Source of the DNA: a bacterium
Lineage (GTDB): Bacteria > Bdellovibrionota_C > UBA2361 > CALJRW01
DNA length: 64,000 nucleotides
Assembly: GCA_031385045.1 (NCBI GenBank)
Contig: JANNBC010000024.1
Location: forward strand, 64,001 to 128,000
Direction of reading: 5' to 3'
Numbering within the stretch: position 1 is the stretch's first letter; each line of letters opens with the position of its first letter. The notes under the pieces are model-generated. The model saw only the letters and a list, made by a program, of their open reading frames with translations. It was not told the origin of the DNA and did not search any database. Made by a program: the position numbers and the translations under genes. This document shows, piece after piece, positions 9,527 through 20,079 of this stretch.

Positions 9527-10075
9527 ATGAAATTGTTTTTGATCTCAAGTTTAGTACTAGCTATTTTTTGTTCTGATATTTATGCGGAAACTAATTTGTA
9601 CAGTTTTTCAGCCAATCTAGTAAATGGTCAAAAGATTCAACTGGCTGATTATCAAGGTAAGGTTGTGCTCCTTGCTAACACAGCATCTAATTGTGGATTC
9701 ACACCACAGTACGAAGGATTACAAGAAATTTATCAAAAATATCAGGATCAAGGGTTAGTTGTCTTAGCATTTCCTAGTAATGATTTTGGTGGACAAGAGC
9801 CTGGTACGAATGAAGAAATTGGATTATTTTGTCAGAAGACTTATGACGTAACTTTTCCTGTGTTTGAAAAAACTGTTGTAAAAGGCGATCTTAAATCGCC
9901 ACTTTTTAAATTTCTAACTGAAGATTCTGGGGAAGATTTAAGCGGTAATATAAAATGGAATTTCGAAAAATTTCTGATTAATAAAGATGGTAAGTTAGTG
10001 GATCGCTTCGGATCATTTACAAAGCCAACTAGTGAAAGTATTACCAGTCAGATAGAGAAGTTACTCAAGGAATAA
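9527..10075 (+). CDS. Glutathione peroxidase family protein with signal peptide
   Basis: NTASNCGFT, FPSNDFGGQEPG, WNFEKFL. Confidence 0.93.
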   Translation: MKLFLISSLVLAIFCSDIYAETNLYSFSANLVNGQKIQLADYQGKVVLLANTASNCGFTPQYEGLQEIYQKYQDQGLVVLAFPSNDFGGQEPGTNEEIGLFCQKTYDVTFPVFEKTVVKGDLKSPLFKFLTEDSGEDLSGNIKWNFEKFLINKDGKLVDRFGSFTKPTSESITSQIEKLLKE

Positions 10076-10078
10076 ATT

Positions 10079-11320
10079 CTAACGGCTACCAGCAATCCAG
10101 CCAGTTGTCCAAGCAGACTGAAAGTTAAATCCTCCTGTTATTCCGTCTATATCTAGAACCTCTCCGGAGAAAAAGAGACCAGGCACTATTTTGCTCTGCA
10201 TCGTTGTAAAATCAACTTCTTTTAAGGACACCCCACCACAGGTAACGAATTCATCTTTAAATTTACCTTTGCCTGCTACAGCATATGTTGCTTGGGTAAT
10301 TTCACTAGCAATTAATTGCAGTTGTTTTTTAGAAAACTCTGACCAAATTTGTTTTTCTTTAGTTTCAATTTGTAGAAGAATCTTAGCCCAATATCTTTTG
10401 GGAATATTAAGGAAGGAGTCTCCGCTTGCAATAGCTTTGGGGTGATGCTCTTTATGTAAGGTTAATAGCCCTAAGACGGACTCCCAGTTTTCTTTTGGTA
10501 AAAAATTAATTTTTAATGTTGCTATGTAGCCGCTAGCAAAAAGATCTTTTGCAGCCAATGCTGAAAGTTTAATTGTTGCTGGCCCACTAAGTCCCCAATG
10601 GGTAATTAAAACTGGACCCTGCTGTTTAAACTTATTACCATTAGGAGCAATAAGTTCTAATTGAATATCTGTAAAACTGACACCAGCTAATTCCGCTAGT
10701 CGAGAATCATTAATCTCAAAACTAAATAGTGAGGGTACTAGCGCTGTTATTGTATGTCCAAGAGATCTTGCGAGTTCTAGGCTACTCTTTGTGCCTCCTG
10801 TTGTTAGAATTACTTGATCAAAGATTGCTACTGCTGATTCTTCTTCCGCTCCATTAAAATGGAGCTGGAATTGTTGATTAGCAGCAAGTTTAATTTGGGA
10901 AACTTTCTGCTTCAGAATTACTTTAATGCCTAAATCTTTTGCTTTATTGATTAAGCAATTAGCGATAGTTGAAGATTCATTAGTAATTGGAAACATTCGC
11001 TTATCAGGTTCAGTTTTTAGTTCCACGCCATTAGATTTAAACCAAGCAATGGTGTCTAAAACTGCAAACCTAGTAAATGCTCCTCTTAATTCTTTATGAC
11101 CTCGAGGGTAATTTTTAACTAATTCGGATATTTCTGGGGTATTATTTGTTACATTACAACGTCCACCCCCAGAAATTAAAACCTTGGCCAAGAGTTTATT
11201 TGTGGCTTCATAAATGCTAACTTCAGCGTTCGAATCATGGTGAGCCGCACTGATTGCACTAAAGAATCCGGCAGCCCCACCACCGATAACCGCTATTTTT
11301 ATTTGTTTGGAAGTTGTCAT
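10079..11320 (-). CDS. HI0933/BaiN-family flavoprotein
   Basis: GGGAAG, SGGGRCNVTN, VTCGGV, GGFNFQSAW. Confidence 0.92.
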   Translation of the reverse strand: MTTSKQIKIAVIGGGAAGFFSAISAAHHDSNAEVSIYEATNKLLAKVLISGGGRCNVTNNTPEISELVKNYPRGHKELRGAFTRFAVLDTIAWFKSNGVELKTEPDKRMFPITNESSTIANCLINKAKDLGIKVILKQKVSQIKLAANQQFQLHFNGAEEESAVAIFDQVILTTGGTKSSLELARSLGHTITALVPSLFSFEINDSRLAELAGVSFTDIQLELIAPNGNKFKQQGPVLITHWGLSGPATIKLSALAAKDLFASGYIATLKINFLPKENWESVLGLLTLHKEHHPKAIASGDSFLNIPKRYWAKILLQIETKEKQIWSEFSKKQLQLIASEITQATYAVAGKGKFKDEFVTCGGVSLKEVDFTTMQSKIVPGLFFSGEVLDIDGITGGFNFQSAWTTGWIAGSR

Positions 11321-11397
11321 ATTTTGCCCCAGTCTTAGTTCTTAATTACTAAGTCAGTTAACCAATAATAGACCATCCTGTCGTTTTTTGAAATTCT

Positions 11398-13191
11398 ATG
11401 AGTACCTTAATTAGCCTTGATTCTGTTTCCCATCAAATTGGTAATAAGCAGTTATTCTCTGATTTAAAATTAGCTATTAGTGATGATTCCCGAATTGGGA
11501 TTATTGGACCAAATGGTTCTGGTAAATCAACCCTAATGAAAATTATTGCCGAAGAAATTGTTCCTGATAGTGGTCGGGTAGTTTGTGGTCGTAGTGTTCA
11601 GGTAGCATATGTACCCCAGATGGATAGCTTTAATCCAGCATTAACAGCCCAAGAAGTAATGATTAAGGAGTTAAGTAATAACTTTACTGATCTAGAAGCT
11701 AATACTCGTGCTGGTAAATTTCTTAGCAAAGTTGGTTTTGAAGACTTAACTCAGAAAGTAGGAGATTTATCAGGAGGCTGGCGTAAGCGGTTGTCATTAG
11801 CAGTTGCTTTAGCGCGTGAGCCAGAAGTTTTGCTATTAGATGAACCTACTAATCATTTAGACTTAGCCGGATTGCTGTGGTTAGAGAACCTTTTAAATAA
11901 TGCCAACTTTGCTTGGGCTTTAATTTCTCACGATCGCTATTTTCTAGAAAGAACCGTTAAAGAAGTAATCGAGGTTGCTCCTTGTTATAAAAATGGAATT
12001 ATTAAATTGGGTGGTTCATATCAAACCTTTTTAGAAAAGAGGGATGAGTTTTTAGATCAAGAAGCAAAAGGCATTGCCTCACTTGCTAATAAGGTTCGTA
12101 ATGAACAAGAGTGGGCCTCTCGAGCGCCGAAAGCTCGGGGAACTAAAGCAAATTATCGAGTGAAAGAAGCCGATCGCCTAGATTCTGAATTGCAAGAACG
12201 TCGTTCGCGAGTTACTGGCGAGGCGACAAAAGTTAGCTTCACTGCTAGTCAGCGCCAAACTAAAGAATTAGCCGAATTTATTAATGTGACTTTTGGTTTT
12301 GATAATTTACCAATTGTTACACAAGAAAATTTTATTATTAATAGTGGTGTTTGTTTGGGCGTTCTGGGAACGAATGGACAGGGGAAATCAACATTACTAA
12401 AGTTGATTGGAGGTGCGTTAGAGCCTCAGGCCGGAAAGGTTAAACGAGCTGGTCATTTAAAAGTAGTTTATTTTGATCAATTGCGTGGAGCATTAAGCTC
12501 TGCCTCAACTTTGCGTCAGGCGCTAGCAGATGGTTATGATCAAGTGGTCTATCAATCTAGATCTTTGCATATTATTAGTTGGGGTAAAAAATTTGGTTTT
12601 GATCCCGCAGATCTTGATAAGCCAATCAAAAACCTTTCAGGGGGAGAGCAGGCTAGATTATTATTATCGATCTTAGTAAGACAGGAAGCCGATTTATTAA
12701 TTTTAGATGAACCTACTAATGATTTAGATCTTCCAATGTTAGAAATGTTAGAAGGCATGCTAGTTGATTTTCCAGGAGCAGTGATTCTAGTTACACATGA
12801 TCGCTACATGTTAGAAAAGGTCTGTACGAATTTCCTTGGGTTTAATCAGGAACAGAAGTTATTAACTTATGCTTCATATGCTCAGTGGCAAGAGAGTCGA
12901 GCTAGAGTTCAACATGCTAAAGAATCAAGAGGTTCAGGGAGTATTCCATCTATCCCAGTTGCTAAGAAAATGTCCTCAGAGGAAATACGTGAATATGGAC
13001 AGATGGAGAAAAAAATTATGAAGGCTGAGCAAGAATTAGCTTTAATTGAAGATCGAGCAGTGAAGGCGGCAACAGCTAATGATCATCATTTAATGGTGCA
13101 AGTCGCTAATGAGCTCACAGTCGCTCAAGAGAAGGTTGAAGGTTTGTATCGTCGTTGGGATGAGTTAGAAAATTTAAGTGGTAAACTTTAA
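11398..13191 (+). CDS. uup: ABC-F family ATPase (Uup-like)
   Basis: Two ABC cassettes (GPNGSGKS, GTNGQGKS, LSGG, DEPTN), no TM segments, C-terminal coiled coil. Confidence 0.85.
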   Translation: MSTLISLDSVSHQIGNKQLFSDLKLAISDDSRIGIIGPNGSGKSTLMKIIAEEIVPDSGRVVCGRSVQVAYVPQMDSFNPALTAQEVMIKELSNNFTDLEANTRAGKFLSKVGFEDLTQKVGDLSGGWRKRLSLAVALAREPEVLLLDEPTNHLDLAGLLWLENLLNNANFAWALISHDRYFLERTVKEVIEVAPCYKNGIIKLGGSYQTFLEKRDEFLDQEAKGIASLANKVRNEQEWASRAPKARGTKANYRVKEADRLDSELQERRSRVTGEATKVSFTASQRQTKELAEFINVTFGFDNLPIVTQENFIINSGVCLGVLGTNGQGKSTLLKLIGGALEPQAGKVKRAGHLKVVYFDQLRGALSSASTLRQALADGYDQVVYQSRSLHIISWGKKFGFDPADLDKPIKNLSGGEQARLLLSILVRQEADLLILDEPTNDLDLPMLEMLEGMLVDFPGAVILVTHDRYMLEKVCTNFLGFNQEQKLLTYASYAQWQESRARVQHAKESRGSGSIPSIPVAKKMSSEEIREYGQMEKKIMKAEQELALIEDRAVKAATANDHHLMVQVANELTVAQEKVEGLYRRWDELENLSGKL

Positions 13192-13273
13192 CTCATTGCT
13201 TAGATAATTAACGTCTCAATTTGTAATTTTGCAAGAGCTATTCAAGATCCTCAGATTATTGTAAGATTATTGT

Positions 13274-15019
13274 ATGTTAATCGCTAGTTATCTGGCCTAT
13301 TTTATTGGCCCATTTATTTATCAAATTTGCGTTCGTTTTAAACAAGGCCTCCCTTTTCTAGAGGGATTCCTACTCGTTGCGATTACGGGACTAAGCTCCT
13401 CGCATTTAATGCATTTTATTGGTGAGCATAATATTTTTTTAATTGTTGGTTTACTAGCAATTGGCCTTTATCTGCCCAATATCTTTGAAGGGATTTTTTC
13501 TAAAGCAAAAACAGATATACATAGTTTCGTAAATTTAATTGTCGTTATTGCTTTTCTATTACATGTATTCTTGGAAGCTTCTGTTTTAAGCCAAGATCAA
13601 GATAATCATTTTAATGCTTTGCATTCTGGGATTTTGATTCATCGTGTAACCGATGGCATGCTCATTTGGTGGTTACTTCGCCCTAAATACGGAGATAAGG
13701 TTGCTGGTGTAGGAATTGTCTTACTCTTGATTGCTAATTTACTGGGCTTTTTTCTAGCTGATAGTTTTAATCTTGGTTCTAACGTCTGGCATTATTTAGA
13801 AATATTCATGGCCGGGATGTTGCTACATGTTTTATTTTTTAGCTTTCATTTAGATCCGATAGCCCACCAACACAAAAAAAGTTGTTGCACAAAAGAACAC
13901 CATCATCATGCTAAACCAAAGAAAAATCGTGTTCGTGGCTATGGTAATATCTTTGGCGTTATTTTTCTTGGCTTATTTCTCTATTTTTCTAGTCATAGTC
14001 ACCTGCATGATACCAATAACCAACAAATCTTTTTTAGAAATTTAATTGACCTCTTTTATCTAAGCTCGCCAGCCTTACTAATCGCCTTTATCCTCTCTGG
14101 TATTATTCAAGTTTTTATTACACTTAAGACCTTAGCTTGGTTTAATCGTGGCAATAAGTATCTACAGGCATTTAAAGGGATGCTTCTTGGACTTCCGCTT
14201 CCAATTTGTAGCTGTGGTATTTTACCATTTTATCAAACTTTAACTAAAAAAGGCTTAGCGCCAGCAGCAGGACTAGCATTTTTGATAGCGACACCAGAGT
14301 TAGGCTTAGATGCATTATTAATCTCCTTGCCACTCTTGGGCCTTGATTTAACAATCACTAGATTAATTGCGGCAATCTTTCTCTCTCTAGGTATATCTTT
14401 AATTCTAAGTCGATTTTTAAAGACAAATACTAGCCCTTTGAATGTCGATGAATTAGAGCAAGAGTTAAATGTCCCTAAACTGCAACAGGTCTGGCATTAT
14501 TCTACCAAGAAAATAGTCGATGATATTGCACCACTAGTAATGTTAGGAATTGCAGTAGCTGCTTTATTTCAATTAGTTTTAGATCAGCATAATTTAGCTG
14601 ACTATCAGGGATGGGATATTTTGTTAGCCTCCTTAGTCGGAGTCTTTCTCTATGTATGTGCTAGTGGTGCAACTCCTGTAGTTGCGATTTTTTTAGCTGG
14701 TGGGGTATCTCCGGGGGCAGCAATTAGTTTTTTAATGACTGGACCAGCTACAAATATTAGTACCTTTGCCATGCTTTCAAAATTGCACGGTAAAAAGTTT
14801 TCTGTAGCTTTTGCCATAGTTGCTATCTTGCTAGCAATAACTGCTGGATTTGTTACGAATCTTGTTTTTGAAACTGGTGGATTCTCACTGCCTAAAAGTA
14901 TTAACCATCATCATTCTCACTATGCCTGGTGGGAACATACTGCTGTAGTCCTAGTGGCGATATTATTTACTTTGTCTTTTCTTAGACGTTTAGGTGTTTT
15001 AAAAGCAAGTAAAGTTTAA
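13274..15019 (+). CDS. Metal permease: His-rich multi-TM N-terminal domain fused to a DUF318 (ArsP/SO_0444-like) permease
   Basis: PLPICSCG, ATPELG, YVCASGATP, GPATN; His-rich linkers. Confidence 0.75.
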   Translation: MLIASYLAYFIGPFIYQICVRFKQGLPFLEGFLLVAITGLSSSHLMHFIGEHNIFLIVGLLAIGLYLPNIFEGIFSKAKTDIHSFVNLIVVIAFLLHVFLEASVLSQDQDNHFNALHSGILIHRVTDGMLIWWLLRPKYGDKVAGVGIVLLLIANLLGFFLADSFNLGSNVWHYLEIFMAGMLLHVLFFSFHLDPIAHQHKKSCCTKEHHHHAKPKKNRVRGYGNIFGVIFLGLFLYFSSHSHLHDTNNQQIFFRNLIDLFYLSSPALLIAFILSGIIQVFITLKTLAWFNRGNKYLQAFKGMLLGLPLPICSCGILPFYQTLTKKGLAPAAGLAFLIATPELGLDALLISLPLLGLDLTITRLIAAIFLSLGISLILSRFLKTNTSPLNVDELEQELNVPKLQQVWHYSTKKIVDDIAPLVMLGIAVAALFQLVLDQHNLADYQGWDILLASLVGVFLYVCASGATPVVAIFLAGGVSPGAAISFLMTGPATNISTFAMLSKLHGKKFSVAFAIVAILLAITAGFVTNLVFETGGFSLPKSINHHHSHYAWWEHTAVVLVAILFTLSFLRRLGVLKASKV

Positions 15020-15099
15020 TCTGTGTTATTGCTAGTAACCAACTTGCTAAGCAAGTTGATTAGTAATTGAAATATTGTCTATTTATTAGAAGTTAATTC

Positions 15100-18000
15100 T
15101 TATTGAAATAATTGATCTAGATCATCTTTCGTTAAGTTTAGATTACTCAAGCCATTATCATTAATTAATGAATCAATAATGTCTGACTTCTTAGATTTCA
15201 GATTCATAATTTTTTGTTCAATCGAATCTTCTGTTACTAAACGATAAACGTTTACTGGTTTTACCTGGCCAATACGGTGAGCTCGGTCAATCGCTTGGTT
15301 CTCAACTGCCGGGTTCCACCATGGATCGTAAATAATTACTGTATCCGCACCAGTTAAGTTTAGTCCAGTTCCCCCAGCTTTTAAGCTAATTAAGAATAGC
15401 TTAATACGCTCATCGGCATTGAAACTATCAACCAAGTCTTGGCGGTTTTTAGTACTACCATCAAGATATAGATAGTTAATTTTCTCTGTTTCCATCCAAC
15501 GTTTAATAATTGCCAGCATTTCTCGGAACTGGCTAAAGAGTAGAATCTTACGTCCAGCGGCAAGTGATTCTAGAACTAGATCTTTTAATAATTCAAATTT
15601 TCCAGAATCAAAATCAGGAAGATCTTTTAGTCCTTCAATCGAATTTGGGTGGTTACAAACTTGGCGTAATCGCAGCAGGGCGGCCAAAATTGAGATGCTA
15701 GCTCCGCGAACACCTTTAGCTTCTACCGCATCCATAATTTGTGGACGAACTTCAGCTAGTATTTGCCCATACAGAGCTTTTTGAGAGTCAGTCATCGCTA
15801 CATGCATTTCTGATTCTGTTTTAGGAGGCAATTGCTTCTCTACTTCAGATTTCAGGCGACGTAATAAGAAAGGCTTAGTCTTGTTTTTTAAGAAACGAGT
15901 AGATTCAATTCCGTTAATATTCTCTAGGATAGGTTTCTCAATTTGATTTTTAAAGAATTCTAGTGACCCCAAATAACCCGGCATTAAGAAATCAAAAATT
16001 GACCAAAGTTCTAATGGTCTGTTCTCTGTTGGAGTACCACTTAGTGCTAAGCGAGACTCCGATTTTAATGCTTTGGCAGCTTTGCAAGTTGCTGTCAGCG
16101 GATTCTTAATATTCTGAGCTTCATCCAAAATTATATATAAGAAAGAATGTTTTTCTAGCTCGGAGCGATCAATTCGAAGCAGAGCATAGGAGGTAATAAT
16201 AATATCGTAGTCTGGAATGTTAGCGAAATCTTTTTTGCGATTAGCGCCTTGTAGGACTAAAGTCTTTAAATTTGGTGTAAAGCGCATTGCTTCGTAAAGC
16301 CAGTTAGTTGTTACTGAGGTTGGTGCAATTACTAAAACTGGTTTATTCACTGCTTTTGCTTTGGCCTTGGCAATTTTTAAGGACTGAACAAGTGCTAGAG
16401 TTTGAACAGTTTTTCCAAGTCCCATCTCATCAGCTAAAATTCCATTAAAACCATATTCATGTAGGAAGTTAAGCCAAGACAGCCCTTCTTTTTGGTATTT
16501 TCTTAATTGTCCTTTGAAAATTGCTGGTGGATTAATTGATTTAATATTTTCAAAGTTAGCTAATTTTTGACCAAGTTCAATTAATGATTTCTCTGCTTTG
16601 ATTTTTACATTAGCACTTTCACCGCTTTGTAGGGTGATTGCTTGAGCAACAGAAATTTTAGTTTCAATTTTACTGGAGTGTTTGTAGTTTGCGGAAACAA
16701 ATCCCAAGGTAGTTTTTAAGCGTTTAAGTCCGCCACCAGGAATTTCTGCCCAAGCACCATTATCTAATTGGATCCAACGATCGAAGCCTTTATTAGTGCT
16801 TTGGAAAATTTTAGTTAGGGGAACAGTTGCCGAGTTCTGACTTAGAGTAATATTACATTCAAACCAATCAATGGAACCTTTCTGTTCTTGTTCTCCAGAC
16901 TTCTTAATGTCCATATTAAGTGTTAACTTGGAGAAGCGAATACTGTCCTTGATGTCTTGTAATCCTTCAACGCCCCAGCTATTAATCTCTTCGGGAACTT
17001 CTTTATAAAGTAGATCTAAAGCGTAGTCACCGCCGATGTTATAATAATCAAGACCTTCTTGAGGTTCAAAACCTAATTGGCAGATTTTTTCACTGCACTC
17101 TTCCTCAAATGCTCTGTCTGGAATGTAGACTACTTTTTTATTTTGAGGTGATGGAGGATATTCAAAATTTAGATAAGCTCTTAGATTAATTTGATCTAGG
17201 TTTACGCCACGATCAAATATTTCGGAGTTAGCCGCTTCAACTTGCAGGCGAATAGTTGGGCGCTTAATTTCAGCTTTAGGTTGTTTCGCAGGATTGACAA
17301 CCTTTAATAGATTCTTAGGGATTAAGTCTTTCTCTAAGAGTTCTAAAATTGCACCAGCTTGCTGATAGCTGAAACTAATTTTATTACTAAACGGATAAAG
17401 TTTAATTAATTCATTAGCCGAAGGGGATAGCTTAAAAACTTGATCGTTAACTAAGGTCCAGAAATCTTCAGTACCAACAATTTCAGTTTCTTTTAGTAGG
17501 TGAGTCCCATCAGGCATAACCCAAAGTGCTTGCAGTTCTACAGTTGATTCTTGCCAAGTAATTTGAACTAGTAAGTCAAGTAAGTCATGATTAAAAGTAA
17601 CTTTTTGATCTGTCTCGGTGAGAGTGATCTGGGGATATTCTTCCAGTAAACCTAAAATTATTTTGATCTGATGACTAGCATTGAGATACCAGATTCCATC
17701 CAGATCATCCCATTCACAATGGTCTTCAATCAGCTGCAAAAGAACTTGATCTAACTGACGACTAGAAAGATTTTCATCGGAATTTAATTCGCTCGGGGTA
17801 ATTAATAATTGATCAAAATATAATTTAATTCCTAAGCTTTGATTAGAAGTGCTTAAAGTTACTTTTACTTCTGGATAGATTTCTTTAGAAATACAATGAT
17901 ACCCCAGGTGCCGCGCCGTCTCCAAAGATTTAACGATTTCTTCTGGGCTAGCATTAATTTTAAAAACATCGGTTTGTGAAGCTTCCTTGGAATTTCCAGA

Positions 18001-18315
18001 ATTGGAATAAATATTTTGTTGAAAACAATGAAAAGTTAAAGCTACTAAATGTGAACACCACTGATCTGCTAAATCTTCTTCTGAGCAACAAGTACATTTT
18101 GGATTAATAAATTGATCACTCTTAATCTCAACGCTAGTAAAGAAAGTTTCCTCGTCCTCGATGACTTGACCAGAGATTAAATTACCAACGGCCTGACATT
18201 CGCTAACTTGACCAAAGGCGGCATACTCAAATCCACGATCAACAACAGAATATGGGGCAAAAGGTTTGAGGGAAGAACGTAACTCAGATTCAGAAGTGGC
18301 ACTAGCTAAGGACAT
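15100..18315 (-). CDS. SNF2-family helicase with N-terminal SWIM zinc finger
   Basis: CTC..CSH, LADEMGLGKT, DEAQ, SGTPTEN, QAIDRAHRIGQ. Confidence 0.93.
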   Translation of the reverse strand: MSLASATSESELRSSLKPFAPYSVVDRGFEYAAFGQVSECQAVGNLISGQVIEDEETFFTSVEIKSDQFINPKCTCCSEEDLADQWCSHLVALTFHCFQQNIYSNSGNSKEASQTDVFKINASPEEIVKSLETARHLGYHCISKEIYPEVKVTLSTSNQSLGIKLYFDQLLITPSELNSDENLSSRQLDQVLLQLIEDHCEWDDLDGIWYLNASHQIKIILGLLEEYPQITLTETDQKVTFNHDLLDLLVQITWQESTVELQALWVMPDGTHLLKETEIVGTEDFWTLVNDQVFKLSPSANELIKLYPFSNKISFSYQQAGAILELLEKDLIPKNLLKVVNPAKQPKAEIKRPTIRLQVEAANSEIFDRGVNLDQINLRAYLNFEYPPSPQNKKVVYIPDRAFEEECSEKICQLGFEPQEGLDYYNIGGDYALDLLYKEVPEEINSWGVEGLQDIKDSIRFSKLTLNMDIKKSGEQEQKGSIDWFECNITLSQNSATVPLTKIFQSTNKGFDRWIQLDNGAWAEIPGGGLKRLKTTLGFVSANYKHSSKIETKISVAQAITLQSGESANVKIKAEKSLIELGQKLANFENIKSINPPAIFKGQLRKYQKEGLSWLNFLHEYGFNGILADEMGLGKTVQTLALVQSLKIAKAKAKAVNKPVLVIAPTSVTTNWLYEAMRFTPNLKTLVLQGANRKKDFANIPDYDIIITSYALLRIDRSELEKHSFLYIILDEAQNIKNPLTATCKAAKALKSESRLALSGTPTENRPLELWSIFDFLMPGYLGSLEFFKNQIEKPILENINGIESTRFLKNKTKPFLLRRLKSEVEKQLPPKTESEMHVAMTDSQKALYGQILAEVRPQIMDAVEAKGVRGASISILAALLRLRQVCNHPNSIEGLKDLPDFDSGKFELLKDLVLESLAAGRKILLFSQFREMLAIIKRWMETEKINYLYLDGSTKNRQDLVDSFNADERIKLFLISLKAGGTGLNLTGADTVIIYDPWWNPAVENQAIDRAHRIGQVKPVNVYRLVTEDSIEQKIMNLKSKKSDIIDSLINDNGLSNLNLTKDDLDQLFQ

Positions 18316-18403
18316 TGATTATTATAATAATAAAGGCAGTATGTTAGGATTTTTAAACTTTGTTGTAAAGTTTTTAACAAAGATGAAATTTTACAAATTT
18401 CCA

Positions 18404-18814
18404 TCATTGTTGATAGGCTTCGATCTTCCAAGTGTAATGTTTTAATTTCGGAAGGGGACTATTAAATTTAAACCACATTGGACCTTCTTCTGGCATTAGA
18501 CTTCTAGAACCAATATGCTTTGACTTTAATAGGCGATTTTTTTGATAAAAGTTTAAACGAAGATTGTATTCTCCCTCTCCTTCCACTAAACCAGTCCAGA
18601 ATCCCCGTTTATCAGGTAATAACTGATATTTTACCTCAGAAACTTTGATTTTACTTGCTAGTATTTTTGGCTGTGGAAGCTCGGTTTTAGTGAAATTATG
18701 GTAGTAATAGGCAGTTGGGTACTTATGAATATCAGCATACGCTGAGTTAGGATCTATTTGATAAGGAGTACACCCAATAGCTAATAAGCAAATCAACAAC
18801 AATAGTCTGAACAT
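18404..18814 (-). CDS. Hypothetical lipoprotein
   Basis: Lipobox-like LAIGC after a hydrophobic leader. Confidence 0.6.
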   Translation of the reverse strand: MFRLLLLICLLAIGCTPYQIDPNSAYADIHKYPTAYYYHNFTKTELPQPKILASKIKVSEVKYQLLPDKRGFWTGLVEGEGEYNLRLNFYQKNRLLKSKHIGSRSLMPEEGPMWFKFNSPLPKLKHYTWKIEAYQQ

Positions 18815-19058
18815 TAATTAAAAATAGTGAATTTTGCGGGATTTGGCAATGAAGCAATGAGGAAGCTTTACCTGTAAAGATGTAACCTAATTTAGGATCG
18901 GTCTTGGTCTTTTTTGCACTTGGGAATTATTGGAGTATCTTAATCAACTATGCTATACAGCAGTCTTTAAATTTTCAGAACAACTTAGACAAAAAGCTAC
19001 TATTTGCGCTAGCCTTCTAGCGACTTAGGATTCGCTTAGTGTAACGAAGTCACGAATC

Positions 19059-20003
19059 ATGAAATTAATCCTAGGTACCAGAGGTAGTGCGCTAGCACTA
19101 AAACAAACTGAACAAGTGATCAAGTTACTGAAAGAAGTTGATCCCACGCTTGAAACTACAATTAAAATCATTAAAACACTGGGTGATTCAAAACAAGGGA
19201 CTGCTGAAGCTGCTATTAGTGATAAACAGGACTGGATTCAAGGTTTAGATACGGCCTTAGTCAGTGGTGAGATTGATCTAGCAGTTCATTCGGCAAAGGA
19301 TGTGCCCGTAGAGATTCATCCTGCAAGTCAGATCTTTCCTTTAGGAGTTAGAGAAAATCCAGCAGATCTGTTAATTGTCAAAAACTCCCAATATAAAAAT
19401 CTAGATTCCTTGCCAAAAGGTGCCATTATTGGGACAGCAAGCTTAAGACGTCAGGCGCAGATTTTAAATTATCGATCAGATTTAAAGTTAGTTGCCCATC
19501 GCGGTAATATCAATACTCGAATTGAAACTTTTAAAGAGAGTCCAACTCTCTCGGCAATTGTTTTGGCTAATGCTGGCTTAAGTCGAATGACAATTGATAC
19601 CTCACGATTCTATAAGATTGATCCCAAGATTATGCTTCCTGCCGTTAATCAAGGCTGTGTAGTTGGGCATATCATGTTACATCGCAACGACTTACTGACT
19701 TTGATGAATAAGGTGATTGACCCAGAGGTTAGGATTGCCTTTGAAGCGGAGCGGCAATGTATTAATTTATTAGATGCCAATTGCCATTCGGCTGTCGGTG
19801 TTTTTGCTAAGGTCATCGGGCAAGAGCTAGAGCTGACCTGCCGAATTTTAATGCCTGATGGCAGTGAAAAGATTGAGGCCTCGGTAGTAGGGAGTATTAA
19901 TAATCATTTGCAGATGAGCGAGGAGATCGCCGAGGAACTAGTTTTAAAAGGAGCCAGTCGGATTATTGCTGAAAGTAATAAATTAAGAGCGGGATGGAAT
20001 TAA
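19059..20003 (+). CDS. hemC: Hydroxymethylbilane synthase
   Basis: GTRGSALA, DLAVHSAKDVP, GTASLRR, RGNINTR, cofactor Cys in ANCHS. Confidence 0.93.
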   Translation: MKLILGTRGSALALKQTEQVIKLLKEVDPTLETTIKIIKTLGDSKQGTAEAAISDKQDWIQGLDTALVSGEIDLAVHSAKDVPVEIHPASQIFPLGVRENPADLLIVKNSQYKNLDSLPKGAIIGTASLRRQAQILNYRSDLKLVAHRGNINTRIETFKESPTLSAIVLANAGLSRMTIDTSRFYKIDPKIMLPAVNQGCVVGHIMLHRNDLLTLMNKVIDPEVRIAFEAERQCINLLDANCHSAVGVFAKVIGQELELTCRILMPDGSEKIEASVVGSINNHLQMSEEIAEELVLKGASRIIAESNKLRAGWN

Positions 20004-20031
20004 TAAGTACTGGACTCGGTTCTAGTTAGAT

Positions 20032-20060
20032 AAAAAAAGGGAGCATTGAGCTCCCTTTTT
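20032..20060. terminator. Bidirectional intrinsic terminator between hemC and the convergent gene
   Basis: aaaaaaagggagc-attga-gctcccttttt. Confidence 0.9.
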
Positions 20061-20079
20061 CGTTTGCATTACATTCGTC

